From contig NZ_JAWFZJ010000004.1 of NCBI RefSeq assembly GCF_032550495.1, positions 42,150-106,149 of the forward strand: DNA of 64,000 nt, given 5' to 3'. Of the stretch, positions 9,126-19,010 are shown one piece after another; position 1 is the stretch's first letter; each line of letters starts with the position of its first letter. The translations under genes were made by a program, and so were the position numbers. The stretch comes from Veillonella parvula (GTDB lineage: Bacteria; Bacillota; Negativicutes; Veillonellales; Veillonellaceae). The notes under the pieces were generated by a model. That model saw only the letters and a program-made list of their open reading frames with translations. It was not told the DNA's origin and searched no databases.

Positions 9126-9995
9126 TTAATGACCACCTTTCGTAAATCTCCCACCAAAGACATCATGTACGTCTTGGATCGTAATAAATGCTGTAGGATC
9201 TACTTCATAAACGGTATCCTTTAATCTTGTAATTTCTAGCCGCGTTACTACAGAATATAATACATGTTTCGGTTGTTTTAAATACCCGCCTTCTCCATAC
9301 ATAATAGTAACACCACGATTAAGATTAGCATTTAATGCATCAGCAATAATCTTGGAATTATCTGCATCGGTAATAATCATAACCCCTTTAGATTCTTCAA
9401 GTCCAGTGATGGTCACATCAATCATCTTATAAGCAATAAAATAAGCAATTAAGGAATACATGGCACTATTCCAACTATATACAAAGCCCGCTGCTCCAAG
9501 AATAACTAAATTCATGGCCATTACAATTTCGCCTACAGAAAAGGTGGACCGTTTATCAAAGATAATAGCTACAATTTCAGATCCATCTAATGAGCCACCA
9601 TTACGAATAATTAGCCCTACCCCAATACCTAAGATTATACCACCAAAGATTGACCCTAAAAATGGGTCAGTTGTAATAGGTGTAAAGCGGTGTGCAATGG
9701 TAGAAAATATTGCCATCCATATAATAGAGAACAAAGTAGACAAGGTAAATCCTTTACCAATTACTTTATAGCCTAAATATAAAAAGGGTAAGTTGAAAAG
9801 TACTACGAAAATGCTAAAAGAAATACCTGATAGTTCCGCAGCCATCAAAGATATACCAACTACCCCACCGTCAATGATACTATTGGGTACTAAGAATAAA
9901 TCTAACCCTATCGTATATATTAAGGCACCTAGAGTCATCATTACACAGCGCATAATAAGATTTGACCAGTTACGCATTGAAGTTTCATTCGTCAT
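9126..9995 (-). CDS. yitT: YitT-family membrane protein (DUF2179-containing)
   Basis: Multi-TM N-terminal part plus a soluble C-terminal domain typical of the YitT family. Start taken at ATG 9993-9995, preceded by GGAGAT. This overlaps the upstream gene by 11 nt. Confidence 0.7.
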   Translation of the reverse strand: MTNETSMRNWSNLIMRCVMMTLGALIYTIGLDLFLVPNSIIDGGVVGISLMAAELSGISFSIFVVLFNLPFLYLGYKVIGKGFTLSTLFSIIWMAIFSTIAHRFTPITTDPFLGSIFGGIILGIGVGLIIRNGGSLDGSEIVAIIFDKRSTFSVGEIVMAMNLVILGAAGFVYSWNSAMYSLIAYFIAYKMIDVTITGLEESKGVMIITDADNSKIIADALNANLNRGVTIMYGEGGYLKQPKHVLYSVVTRLEITRLKDTVYEVDPTAFITIQDVHDVFGGRFTKGGH

Positions 9996-10512
9996 GATTA
10001 TCTCCTTTTCCGTATAACTGCTCCATAGCATGTAATCTTTTCTCTTCTAACTCACTTGAACTCATAGTTTCTTCTTTGATTGCCGCTTCGTTCTGAGCTA
10101 ACTGCTTCGTATAGCGCAAGCCAATAACGAGAGCCGTCAAATCATCTACAGGTTCTGGTGGAAATTGCATAGATGTAGGAATAATCTTGCGCCACCCTGT
10201 AGGAGGATTATATTGCCAATATAATTTACGGGCCTCCTCTGTACTGTGAGATTCGTCGATTAAACTAGTTGTAATTTTATGATTGCGTCCAATTTGTTGA
10301 AGAGAAGGATACAAGTGTTTATGATTTGTACCATTTCCACAAACAATATGAACAATACCATAATATTCAGTTAAAATACGCTCAATATCTTTATTAAAAG
10401 TATTTGAAGAAATAATTTTACGGCATATCATCTCACCGAAAGGTGAAAGTATAGCTACGCCAGTTTTCTCATTTCCTGGATCCACTGCTAAAATATATGT
10501 ATTTTCAGTCAT
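9985..10512 (-). CDS. YqgF/RuvX-like RNase H-fold nuclease family protein
   Basis: N-terminal ILAVDPGNEKTGVAIL, then DESHSTEEAR and VDDLTALVIG segments that parallel the YqgF/RuvX motifs. Start taken at ATG 10510-10512 with a GGGGAT SD. Confidence 0.5.
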   Translation of the reverse strand: MTENTYILAVDPGNEKTGVAILSPFGEMICRKIISSNTFNKDIERILTEYYGIVHIVCGNGTNHKHLYPSLQQIGRNHKITTSLIDESHSTEEARKLYWQYNPPTGWRKIIPTSMQFPPEPVDDLTALVIGLRYTKQLAQNEAAIKEETMSSSELEEKRLHAMEQLYGKGDNHDE

Positions 10513-10552
10513 TTGATTATCCCCTTTGTAAGTACAGTAGTTATATTTTAAC

Positions 10553-10598
10553 ATAAAAAGAAGGTCTTATGTTGAAAATTACATAAGACCTTCTTTTA
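10553..10598 (-). terminator. Strong rho-independent (bidirectional-looking) terminator ending the lpxI-to-DUF3084 operon
   Basis: 14-bp stem AGAAGGUCUUAUGU/ACAUAAGACCUUCU flanked by an A run and a U run, about 40 nt after the DUF3084 stop codon. Confidence 0.85.
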
Positions 10599-10638
10599 TA
10601 ATGTATGAAAACAGCATACCTTCATCATATTAATTAGT

Positions 10639-11847
10639 TTACATTTTTGCCTTATCATTGAAATCTGGCATTTGAGTAATACGCAACTTGAGGTGAACAG
10701 GACCAGATGAATATGTGTCGCCATCAGTATAAGCTTCCACATGAACCTTGCCACGCATAGTACTTATTCTTTTAATGGCTGTAAACAAATCATCACCAGG
10801 TATCGTTCCAATATCACCTGATAAGGAATCAGGAATAATCCCCTTTGCCTTAGCACGTTCATTTACTTGTTTCAAGAATTGAAGCATAGACGATTGAGCA
10901 TTAGTACCCCCATCAATTACTGTAGAGTGAATTACCTCTCCATTTTTATAGATAAATTGTTGTGGATATACTTGAATAACTGCAACTGCAGGTTCACCTG
11001 AAATAATATTTCCGGCTGCCACAACTTGAACCACCATAGGAGTCTTGGAATTGATTAGCTTTTGAGTAGCTACCTCAACATTTTGTCGATCTACATACAC
11101 AACGGATTGACCATTATCTTCTATACCTAAGCGACGTAAAACAAGTTTATTTGTATCATCGATAATATGTTTAATAGCATTATTACTATCTTCTTCACTT
11201 AAACCAGGTCGTACAACAGCTTGTGCTAATAACTGATCTACTTGGAAGAGAATGGTTCCTTCCCGTAAATGAATGATGCCATTCTGCAATTGTTCTTGTG
11301 TATTTTGTAGATTCTTAATATGCGCTTCCATCTTAGCACGTGTTGCTTCAAGCTCAGCTACCTTTTGAGATACCTCTGCATAAGAGGCTTGTAAAGATGC
11401 TAGTTCGGCTTCTGTTGCATCTTTAGCAGCTTGTGCACTCGCCAATTCAGCTTTTGTAGCCTCTACTTCACGGCGAATTTGTTCGATCTCAGCCATCCGC
11501 TCTTCAAGCTCTTGTTTATTTTGTTCTAACAAAGCCTGTCCACGAATCAGTTCTTGCGTCTTTGCAGCAACCTCATTATTCAACTGCTTCATATCAGCTC
11601 TCAACTGATCCATACCGAACAATGCGGTTCGTACACTTTGAGACGTAAAAGTTAATACCCCAACCGTAGCTGCTGCAACTAAAAGGCCTGTCACAATAGT
11701 AACTATAATAGATGTGTGCTTAGGTCGTAATCCAAAGAGGGACATACGACGTTTACCAATTTTAGTGCCTAGCTTATCCCCCATGTAAGCAATGAGACCA
11801 CCCATAAGAGCGATAATTATTAAGATTTTAACACCTACTAACATCAT
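10639..11847 (-). CDS. DUF3084-like membrane-anchored coiled-coil protein
   Basis: 402 aa. The N-terminus (GGLIAYMGDKLGTKIGKRRMSLFGLRPKHTSIIVTIVTG) matches my recollection of the DUF3084 signature. Two TM helices, about 130 aa of Q/E/A-rich coiled coil, then a globular C-terminal domain. Confidence 0.6.
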   Translation of the reverse strand: MMLVGVKILIIIALMGGLIAYMGDKLGTKIGKRRMSLFGLRPKHTSIIVTIVTGLLVAAATVGVLTFTSQSVRTALFGMDQLRADMKQLNNEVAAKTQELIRGQALLEQNKQELEERMAEIEQIRREVEATKAELASAQAAKDATEAELASLQASYAEVSQKVAELEATRAKMEAHIKNLQNTQEQLQNGIIHLREGTILFQVDQLLAQAVVRPGLSEEDSNNAIKHIIDDTNKLVLRRLGIEDNGQSVVYVDRQNVEVATQKLINSKTPMVVQVVAAGNIISGEPAVAVIQVYPQQFIYKNGEVIHSTVIDGGTNAQSSMLQFLKQVNERAKAKGIIPDSLSGDIGTIPGDDLFTAIKRISTMRGKVHVEAYTDGDTYSSGPVHLKLRITQMPDFNDKAKM

Positions 11848-11877
11848 GTCCCTCCTTTCTCCTAAGAATACAATCTG

Positions 11878-12969
11878 TTATTTCGATACACGCCAATTCA
11901 AATACAACCCTGCAATAATACCTAATGTATCCGGTATTAATGCAGCCAATAAGGTTGGCAATGCTCCACCTTTCCCTAAAGCACCAGCAAAGGTCATCAC
12001 CCCATAATAAATAAAGATGATGAGAATACTAATACCAAAGCCGATAGATGAGCTAGAGCGTTGCTTTTGAAGGCCTAAAGGTGCACCTACGAGAGCAAAT
12101 ACAAAACTTGCCAACGGAATTGTAAAGCGTTGGTACATTTCCATTTCAAGTTTATTAGCATTAGTATAAGCAGCCTTATAAGCTCTGATTTGGTGACGTA
12201 ACTCCTTAATCGTCAATTCCTCAGGCTTACGTTGATCTTGTTGAATATCTTTTGGGGCAGACTTAATCGGCAATGATTGCTCCTTAAATTTCATGGTACG
12301 TTCAACACCATTACCAGCTGATAAATCATAGATGATACCATTCTGCATCACCCAATATTGACCATTCCAGATAGCTGTATCAGCATTTTCAACTTGTTGT
12401 AACTTGCCGCCCTCCCCAAATTGTTGAACCGTAATCATGGACAACTGTTTGGTTTCAGCATCATAGCTCTTAGCATACATCAATGTGCCTAGCTCATCAC
12501 CATTCATCGTTTTTAACACAATATGATTTTGTGTTTGAGGTGATGCATTTTTCATAATTTGTTCGCGCACAATCGTTTGATACATATGATTTGTACGAGG
12601 TACAACAAATTCATTAAATGCTACTGCCCCAATGGAAATGATGAGGGCAATAATATATACAGGCATGGCCAAGCGTAAAAAGCTTAGACCTCCAGCACGC
12701 ATAACAACGATTTCACTAGTGCTACTCAAACGACTAAAAGTCATAAGAGAAGCCAATAGTACTGACATTGGGAATGTTAAAATAACAATACTTGGTAAAG
12801 CCAAGACAAATGCTTGCATAACAAGCAACAATGGTGCTCCATATTCAGTAATATATTGAGCAATCCTAAACAATGTGCCTGTACCAATAAAAATACTAGT
12901 AAAAGCAAAAACCCCAAATAGGAATGGGCCTACAAAAGCTTTTAAAATATATTTATCTAATAATCGCAT
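11878..12969 (-). CDS. LptF/LptG-family LPS export permease
   Basis: 363 aa. N-terminus MRLLDKYILKAFVGPFLFG typical of the YjgP/YjgQ family. Six TM helices with a large periplasmic loop. Adjacent to lptB. Confidence 0.85.
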   Translation of the reverse strand: MRLLDKYILKAFVGPFLFGVFAFTSIFIGTGTLFRIAQYITEYGAPLLLVMQAFVLALPSIVILTFPMSVLLASLMTFSRLSSTSEIVVMRAGGLSFLRLAMPVYIIALIISIGAVAFNEFVVPRTNHMYQTIVREQIMKNASPQTQNHIVLKTMNGDELGTLMYAKSYDAETKQLSMITVQQFGEGGKLQQVENADTAIWNGQYWVMQNGIIYDLSAGNGVERTMKFKEQSLPIKSAPKDIQQDQRKPEELTIKELRHQIRAYKAAYTNANKLEMEMYQRFTIPLASFVFALVGAPLGLQKQRSSSSIGFGISILIIFIYYGVMTFAGALGKGGALPTLLAALIPDTLGIIAGLYLNWRVSK

Positions 12970-12977
12970 AGCCCCTC

Positions 12978-13697
12978 CTATAATTTAAAGTTATCCCCTA
13001 AATAATGTTCACGAGCGATTGGATCATTCGCAATTTCATCAGGGGTACCCTCTAGGAGGATTTTACCATTACTCAAAATATAAGCCTTATCTACAATCCC
13101 CAATGTTTCGCGAACATTATGGTCTGTAATCAAGATACCAATACCTCGGTTCTTAACGTGTAAGATAATTTGCTGAATATCAGCAACCGCAATTGGATCG
13201 ACACCTGCAAAAGGTTCATCAAGAAGGATGAAATTAGGTTCTAAGGCGAGGCAACGCGCAATTTCTACACGGCGTCGTTCACCACCAGATAATTGCATCC
13301 CCATACGGTCACGGACATGTCCAATATGAAATTCTTCAATCAATGATTCCACGATAGCTTCAATCTCATCAGATTTTTTTGCCGTAATCTGTAGCATGGC
13401 ACGAATATTGTCCTCTACAGACATGGAACGAAAGATTGATGCCTCTTGCGGTAAGTATCCAATCCCTTCAGCCGCCCGCTTATACATAGGAATATTTGTT
13501 ATATCCTTGCCATCAACGGTAATGATACCAGAACTTGGTCTTTCAATGCCTACAATCATATAAAATGACGTAGTTTTACCGGCCCCATTAGGCCCTAATA
13601 GACCTACAACTTGGCCTTTATCAACGCGTAGACTTACACCATCTACCACATTGCGTCCGCTAAAGGTTTTAACTAAGTTTTTGGTTTCTATATACAT
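12978..13697 (-). CDS. lptB: LPS export ABC transporter ATP-binding protein
   Basis: 239 aa. Walker [10 protein letters not shown], signature LSGGERRR, Walker B ILLDEP. Located in the lptCAB context. Confidence 0.9.
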   Translation of the reverse strand: MYIETKNLVKTFSGRNVVDGVSLRVDKGQVVGLLGPNGAGKTTSFYMIVGIERPSSGIITVDGKDITNIPMYKRAAEGIGYLPQEASIFRSMSVEDNIRAMLQITAKKSDEIEAIVESLIEEFHIGHVRDRMGMQLSGGERRRVEIARCLALEPNFILLDEPFAGVDPIAVADIQQIILHVKNRGIGILITDHNVRETLGIVDKAYILSNGKILLEGTPDEIANDPIAREHYLGDNFKL

Positions 13698-13706
13698 ATA
13701 TTATCC

Positions 13707-14429
13707 TTATTTATTCGGAACAATGACGAGTGTACTACGTCCACCTAATGTTTCAGCAGAATCATCAGCTAAACGAATTTTCAGTTCCGGTGCATTCAGT
13801 ACATTACCATTTTGAACGGCATGCGCAGAACCCGATAAGAGTACCACTCCATCATTTTGGTTTGGCGTTTGTGTATATGTAGCTCGGTCAGCAGAACCAG
13901 ACACGTTTCGTTCAGGATTAGAGAAGGTAACATTACCTTGCGCTACAGCACGAACTTCCTTCATCCATCCTTCTACCTTATCACCGGTTAAGGTTGTCCC
14001 TTCAGCAATCAAACGGGCATTGCCTGTAACAAGACCGTATTCAGAGTCAGTACTATACTCAACACTGTCGCCAAAGATTTGGCGATCAGCACGTTGTAAA
14101 TGAACGCTACCATTAGCAGTGAATTTATTATTATTGTAACTGTGAACCGCTTGAGCAGACATGGCCATATCAGAACCAATCATAGATACACCACCATCAA
14201 GATTTGCTTCTTGAGTTTTTGTATTGTACCAACCCTTGGCACCAGTCATAGTTTTATCCGCTTGGGTAATAACAACATTACCTGTTGCATCTGCACGACC
14301 TGAATTGCCATCATAAGACAATGTATCAGCGCTGATAGTCAACGGATCATTTGCAGCCCAAACTGTAACAGATGCGGTCATGAGTACAGCTAATATAGCC
14401 ATACCAATCTGTTTTTTCTTATTCATCAT
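13707..14429 (-). CDS. lptA: LptA-like periplasmic LPS transport protein (OstA N-terminal fold)
   Basis: Signal peptide followed by repetitive beta-jellyroll-like sequence. Lies between lptC and lptB. Start taken at ATG 14427-14429 after GAGAGGAAAT; the ORF-track start is a TTG inside the SD. Confidence 0.7.
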   Translation of the reverse strand: MMNKKKQIGMAILAVLMTASVTVWAANDPLTISADTLSYDGNSGRADATGNVVITQADKTMTGAKGWYNTKTQEANLDGGVSMIGSDMAMSAQAVHSYNNNKFTANGSVHLQRADRQIFGDSVEYSTDSEYGLVTGNARLIAEGTTLTGDKVEGWMKEVRAVAQGNVTFSNPERNVSGSADRATYTQTPNQNDGVVLLSGSAHAVQNGNVLNAPELKIRLADDSAETLGGRSTLVIVPNK

Positions 14430-14441
14430 ATTTCCTCTCAA

Positions 14442-14978
14442 TTACTTCTTTGTTAATTTCGCATGTCCAATGGCTTTAATAATTTTTAAGGACATATTGC
14501 CCTCAAGCTTGTCACCTGTGAGGGTTACATCCTTACTGTTATAAGTGAAAGCCGTTTTAGATGTCAATGTTTTCGTTTTGTTATCAAAATGAAGGGCCTC
14601 AGTTTTAAATTCTGCACCTTCCGTATTGGTAGCAGTAACGCCTTGATCAATATCAAGAGAGTTTCGATCACCCGTCAGTACAGCATGAGGAGCTGTAATC
14701 GTAGTAGTCACATCATCTTGATAGAACAGACCTTTCAAATTGGTCAGAACGATAGCTTTTGTACGCGGGTCATATTCAATCTTCTCAGCCGATAATGCCC
14801 ATACTAACTTGCCATCCTTTTCCTCTTGCAAGTCCGCACCTTGGAAATTAACGAGTTGTCCACTTTGATTTTGAGTGGAATTAGCCTCATTAGAGTCTTT
14901 CATAATAAATACAATAAGACCGATTAGAGCTAATACTATAGCGACCACAATGGCAATTAACTTTTTATTGTTTTTCAT
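14442..14978 (-). CDS. lptC: LptC-like membrane-anchored LPS export protein
   Basis: 178 aa. Single N-terminal TM helix, beta-rich periplasmic domain, immediately upstream of lptA. Confidence 0.7.
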   Translation of the reverse strand: MKNNKKLIAIVVAIVLALIGLIVFIMKDSNEANSTQNQSGQLVNFQGADLQEEKDGKLVWALSAEKIEYDPRTKAIVLTNLKGLFYQDDVTTTITAPHAVLTGDRNSLDIDQGVTATNTEGAEFKTEALHFDNKTKTLTSKTAFTYNSKDVTLTGDKLEGNMSLKIIKAIGHAKLTKK

Positions 14979-15897
14979 GCGCTCTCTCCCGTATAGCTAT
15001 CTTCTTATCGTAATCAATAATTTGATCCATCTTAGTCATCCAACGATGTTGGAACCAAAGCCACTCATCTGGATGTTCACGAATAAATTCTTCCGTAACA
15101 CGTACACAGGCTTCAGTTAGACGATACATATCAACATCTTCATCGCCAGTTTCCTCATAATGTAATGCCGGCAAGATATGAACGATATGTCCTCCTTCAG
15201 GCTTACGAGATGCAAAAATAGGTACTACAGGAGAGCCGAATTTCTTTGCAAATGTTGCTGGTCCCATAACAGCTGATGAATCTTGTCCCAAAAACGGAAC
15301 TGGTAAACCATTTATATATCCATCTTGGTCAGCTAAGAATCCAAGAAGTTTTTTCTTTTTTAAAGCCTTAGCAGCAGAAACGATTTCGTTGCCACCACTA
15401 GCAAATACGTCAAGCCCCACCATCTCACGATATTCATTCATAAGGCGTGTGAATTGAGCATTAGGTTGTTTCTTAACAATTGTAGTGGAAGGATATCCAT
15501 GAGCCGCCATAGCAGCCCCCATCCATTCCCAGTTGCCTACATGGCCGGTAAGAACGATAACTCCCTTATCTTCAGCAATGGCCTTTTCTAAATGTTCAAC
15601 ACCACGCATCTCTATGTGTTTATTGATAAAGGATTTCGTCAGGTTTGGCATGTATAATACTTCCATAACACTGCGACCAAGATTTTTGAACAACTTATTA
15701 ATTAATTGTTCCGCCTCTTGATCGTTCATATTCATGCCAATTTTAATATTATTTATGCCTCTAAGCTTTTGCTTCTTCGCTATTAGCCCATATACAGGAC
15801 CTAAACAAGCGCCTATGAGCAAAATGAGCTTGTATGGTAGTCGACAAACAAGCCAACTAATGCCTTTAACTAAATGGTATTGCCATTCGTTATTCAT
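14965..15897 (-). CDS. Lysophospholipid acyltransferase family protein (LpxL/HtrB-like late lipid A acyltransferase)
   Basis: HX4E motif in GHVGNWEW. C-terminal HPDEWLWFQHRW typical of lipid A late acyltransferases. Start at ATG 15895-15897 after AAGGAGGTG. Confidence 0.75.
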   Translation of the reverse strand: MNNEWQYHLVKGISWLVCRLPYKLILLIGACLGPVYGLIAKKQKLRGINNIKIGMNMNDQEAEQLINKLFKNLGRSVMEVLYMPNLTKSFINKHIEMRGVEHLEKAIAEDKGVIVLTGHVGNWEWMGAAMAAHGYPSTTIVKKQPNAQFTRLMNEYREMVGLDVFASGGNEIVSAAKALKKKKLLGFLADQDGYINGLPVPFLGQDSSAVMGPATFAKKFGSPVVPIFASRKPEGGHIVHILPALHYEETGDEDVDMYRLTEACVRVTEEFIREHPDEWLWFQHRWMTKMDQIIDYDKKIAIRERAHEKQ

Positions 15898-15911
15898 TCT
15901 GCCCACCTCCT

Positions 15912-16433
15912 TTATTGTCCATGAGCATGGGCCTCTCGCGCATAATCTGCAACAACAGAATCCCATAAACCTTGATTCTTCAGGATATATTCTACAGCCT
16001 CTCTAACAGCACCATGTCCACCATTGACGGTAGAAATAAATTTAGCTATTGATTTAACCTCTAATACCGCATTATTTGGTGCCATCGGCAAACCTACGAG
16101 TTGAAGAGCTCCTAAATCATTAAGATCATCACCCATGTAAGCAACCGAAGCTAAGTCGATTTGATGTTTTTTACAAAGAGCTCTTAATACTTCAGTTTTA
16201 TTAGCATGCCCCATAAGAAGTTCATCAAAATGCAATTCCTTTGCACGGCGCTCTACCATAGGAGATACACGAGCCGTAATAATTGCTAACTTTATCCCTG
16301 ATTTACGAGCCGCAGTCAAGCCTAAACCATCTTTTACAGAAAAGGCTTTGAGCTCTTCTCCAGTCGATGTATAAATTAGAGTGCCATCTGATAAAACTCC
16401 ATCAACATCGAGAACAATCCATTGAATATTCAT
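15912..16433 (-). CDS. kdsC: 3-deoxy-D-manno-octulosonate 8-phosphate phosphatase
   Basis: 173 aa HAD protein with VLDVDGVLSDG. Lies between kdsD and the acyltransferase. Confidence 0.85.
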   Translation of the reverse strand: MNIQWIVLDVDGVLSDGTLIYTSTGEELKAFSVKDGLGLTAARKSGIKLAIITARVSPMVERRAKELHFDELLMGHANKTEVLRALCKKHQIDLASVAYMGDDLNDLGALQLVGLPMAPNNAVLEVKSIAKFISTVNGGHGAVREAVEYILKNQGLWDSVVADYAREAHAHGQ

Positions 16434-17404
16434 TATACAATGCCTCTACGCAATAAATCCGTAATGTGAACAATGCCAAGACATACATTATTAGTATCAA
16501 CCACAGGTAATACGGTGATAGGGCGAGGTTGATTTTTCTCCATCAAATGAAGCGCTTCTGCGGCCAATTTATCCTTTGTAATCGTACGCGGCATAGACGT
16601 CATCATATCCTCTACGGGCCATTCTAAAAAATTGCTGCCAGAATCAAGTCCACGTCGAACATCACCATCAGTCACTAGACCTAACAAATGTCCTTCTTCA
16701 TCAATAACATTTGTAGCACCTAACCCTTTTTCTGTCATTACAAAGAGTGCATCACGAACGGTAGCCCCTCTAAATACTGTTGGATTATCATCGCCACCAT
16801 GCATGATATTTTCTACAGTCAACAATAATTTGCGACCTAAGGAACCACCTGGATGGAATACAGCAAAGTTTTCTGGAGTAAAATGATGGCGTTCCAATAA
16901 ACATACTGCTAATGCATCACCTAGTGCTAGAGCAACAGTAGTACTTGTAGTAGGTGCTAAACCCAATGGACAAGCTTCTCGTTCTACCTCTGCCAACAAT
17001 ACAATATCAGAATTTTTTGCTAATGTAGACTCTGGTTTCCCTACAACACAGATTAATTTAGCTCCTATGCGGCGCAGAGACGGCAAAATACTAATGATTT
17101 CTCCTGTTTCACCACTATTAGAAAATGCTAACACTACATCATCTTCAGTAATCATACCAAGATCACCATGCACGCCTTCACCAGGATGCATAAAAAGTGC
17201 CGGTGTCCCTGTACTAGCCAAGGTAGCCGCAATTTTACGACCAATATGACCAGATTTCCCCATTCCTGTACATACTACACGGCCCTTACAAGCCAAAATC
17301 ATATTTACAGCATTTACAAAATTGTGATCCAAACGAGAACTTAATTCTTCAATAGCACGAGCTTCCTCATGAAGCACCTGTGCCGCTTGTTCTAAAATAG
17401 TCAC
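16433..17404 (-). CDS. kdsD: Arabinose-5-phosphate isomerase (SIS domain plus tandem CBS domains)
   Basis: 323 aa. GMGKSGHIG SIS motif and a C-terminal CBS pair. Kdo operon context. Confidence 0.9.
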   Translation of the reverse strand: MTILEQAAQVLHEEARAIEELSSRLDHNFVNAVNMILACKGRVVCTGMGKSGHIGRKIAATLASTGTPALFMHPGEGVHGDLGMITEDDVVLAFSNSGETGEIISILPSLRRIGAKLICVVGKPESTLAKNSDIVLLAEVEREACPLGLAPTTSTTVALALGDALAVCLLERHHFTPENFAVFHPGGSLGRKLLLTVENIMHGGDDNPTVFRGATVRDALFVMTEKGLGATNVIDEEGHLLGLVTDGDVRRGLDSGSNFLEWPVEDMMTSMPRTITKDKLAAEALHLMEKNQPRPITVLPVVDTNNVCLGIVHITDLLRRGIV

Positions 17405-17415
17405 AAATACCGCCC

Positions 17416-18234
17416 CTAACCTTTTACGATTTTATCAATAGCTACTAAATCACGAAGCACAGCTTCAAATTGATCTAAATACAACATATTAGGACCATCA
17501 GACAATGCTTCCTCAGGATTATCGTGTACTTCAAAGAATAACCCATCTACGCCACTAGCCACAGCCGCACGTGCCAAATTTGGTACAAATTCACGGTTAC
17601 CACTAGATTTAGTCCCTGCACCACCTGGTAATTGAACGCTATGAGTAGCATCAAAGATTACTGGATAGTCGAAAGAACGCATAATTGGGAAGGATCTCAT
17701 GTCAACTACGAGATTATTATAACCAAAGCTAAAACCACGTTCGGTAAGCATAAGATTTTCATTACCTGTTTCTTTCATTTTATTAAGAACATTTTCCATG
17801 TCCTTAGGAGCCATGAATTGACCTTTTTTAACATTTACGCATTTACCAGTTTTAGCAGCGCCGTAAACAAGATCAGTTTGACGGCATAAAAAAGCTGGAA
17901 TTTGTAGAATATCTAATACTTCAGCTGCAGGTTCAATTTGCTCGATAGAGTGAATGTCACTGACAACGGGCACATTGAGTTCCTTCTTAATAGAAGCAAG
18001 CATTTTTAACCCTTCCTCAAGACCTGGTCCACGGAAGGAACTAAAGCTAGAGCGATTAGCTTTATCAAAGGAAGCTTTAAAGATATAGGGAACACCTAAA
18101 CGTTCGCATATCTCTTTTGCTCGTTTACCGATAGCTAATGTGCGGTCATAGTCCTCAATAACACATGGACCTGCAAGGACAAATAAACCCTTGCCGCCAC
18201 CCACAGTAATATCTTTAATTTGAACTGTTTTCAT
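17416..18234 (-). CDS. kdsA: 3-deoxy-8-phosphooctulonate (Kdo8P) synthase
   Basis: 272 aa. Full-length KdsA-like sequence (AGPCVIE, KASFDKANRSS, DATHSVQ). Confidence 0.92.
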   Translation of the reverse strand: MKTVQIKDITVGGGKGLFVLAGPCVIEDYDRTLAIGKRAKEICERLGVPYIFKASFDKANRSSFSSFRGPGLEEGLKMLASIKKELNVPVVSDIHSIEQIEPAAEVLDILQIPAFLCRQTDLVYGAAKTGKCVNVKKGQFMAPKDMENVLNKMKETGNENLMLTERGFSFGYNNLVVDMRSFPIMRSFDYPVIFDATHSVQLPGGAGTKSSGNREFVPNLARAAVASGVDGLFFEVHDNPEEALSDGPNMLYLDQFEAVLRDLVAIDKIVKG

Positions 18235-18966
18235 TTATTTCTCCTCTTGCTCGTAAATTGCATTAACACGAGCTAAGTCTTCAGGTGTATCAACACCGAT
18301 AAATCGTTTATTTGTCAAAATAACACGAATTGTATAACCGTTCTCTAGAGCACGTAATTGTTCTAGAGATTCTGTTCGCTCCGCCGGAGTTGGCTCCATC
18401 TTAGCGTAGTTTAATAAAAACTCTCTACGATATGCATAGATGCCAATATGTTTTAGTGGCGGACGCACAAAATCATGGCGAGGATATGGGATTAAAGATC
18501 TAGAAAAATACATCGCATCATTACGATTATTTAAAATGACCTTTACCGCTGATGGCTCCTCGTACTCTTCCTCTAATAAAGGAGTAGCTACTGTGGCCAT
18601 CTGCAAGTTTGGATCTTCCTCAAATAGACGTGCCAAGTCATCAATAAGATTTGGATCAATCATCGGTTCATCACCTTGGACATTGATAACAACATCCAAG
18701 TCTGTATAATGACTCGCAACCTCTGCTAATCGATCCGTCCCTGTAGGGTGATTAGGATCTGTCATCATAACAGTTCCCCCAAACTGTTGTACTGCAGAAT
18801 ATACGCGGTTATCATCAGTGGCTACAATTGTACATACTGTCTTTGTAGCTTGTGATACCCTTGCATAAACCCGTTCAATCATAGGTTTACCTGCAATATC
18901 AGCTAATGGTTTGCCCGGTAATCTTGTAGAACCATAACGCGCAGGAATAACACATCCAAACTTCAC
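18235..18966 (-). CDS. kdsB: 3-deoxy-manno-octulosonate cytidylyltransferase (CMP-Kdo synthetase)
   Basis: 243 aa. IPARYGSTRLPGKPL N-terminus and VQGDEP motif. Confidence 0.92.
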   Translation of the reverse strand: MKFGCVIPARYGSTRLPGKPLADIAGKPMIERVYARVSQATKTVCTIVATDDNRVYSAVQQFGGTVMMTDPNHPTGTDRLAEVASHYTDLDVVINVQGDEPMIDPNLIDDLARLFEEDPNLQMATVATPLLEEEYEEPSAVKVILNNRNDAMYFSRSLIPYPRHDFVRPPLKHIGIYAYRREFLLNYAKMEPTPAERTESLEQLRALENGYTIRVILTNKRFIGVDTPEDLARVNAIYEQEEK

Positions 18967-19010
18967 GATAAAACCCCATTTCTGTTATTCGTGTATCTTA
19001 TTATTATACA

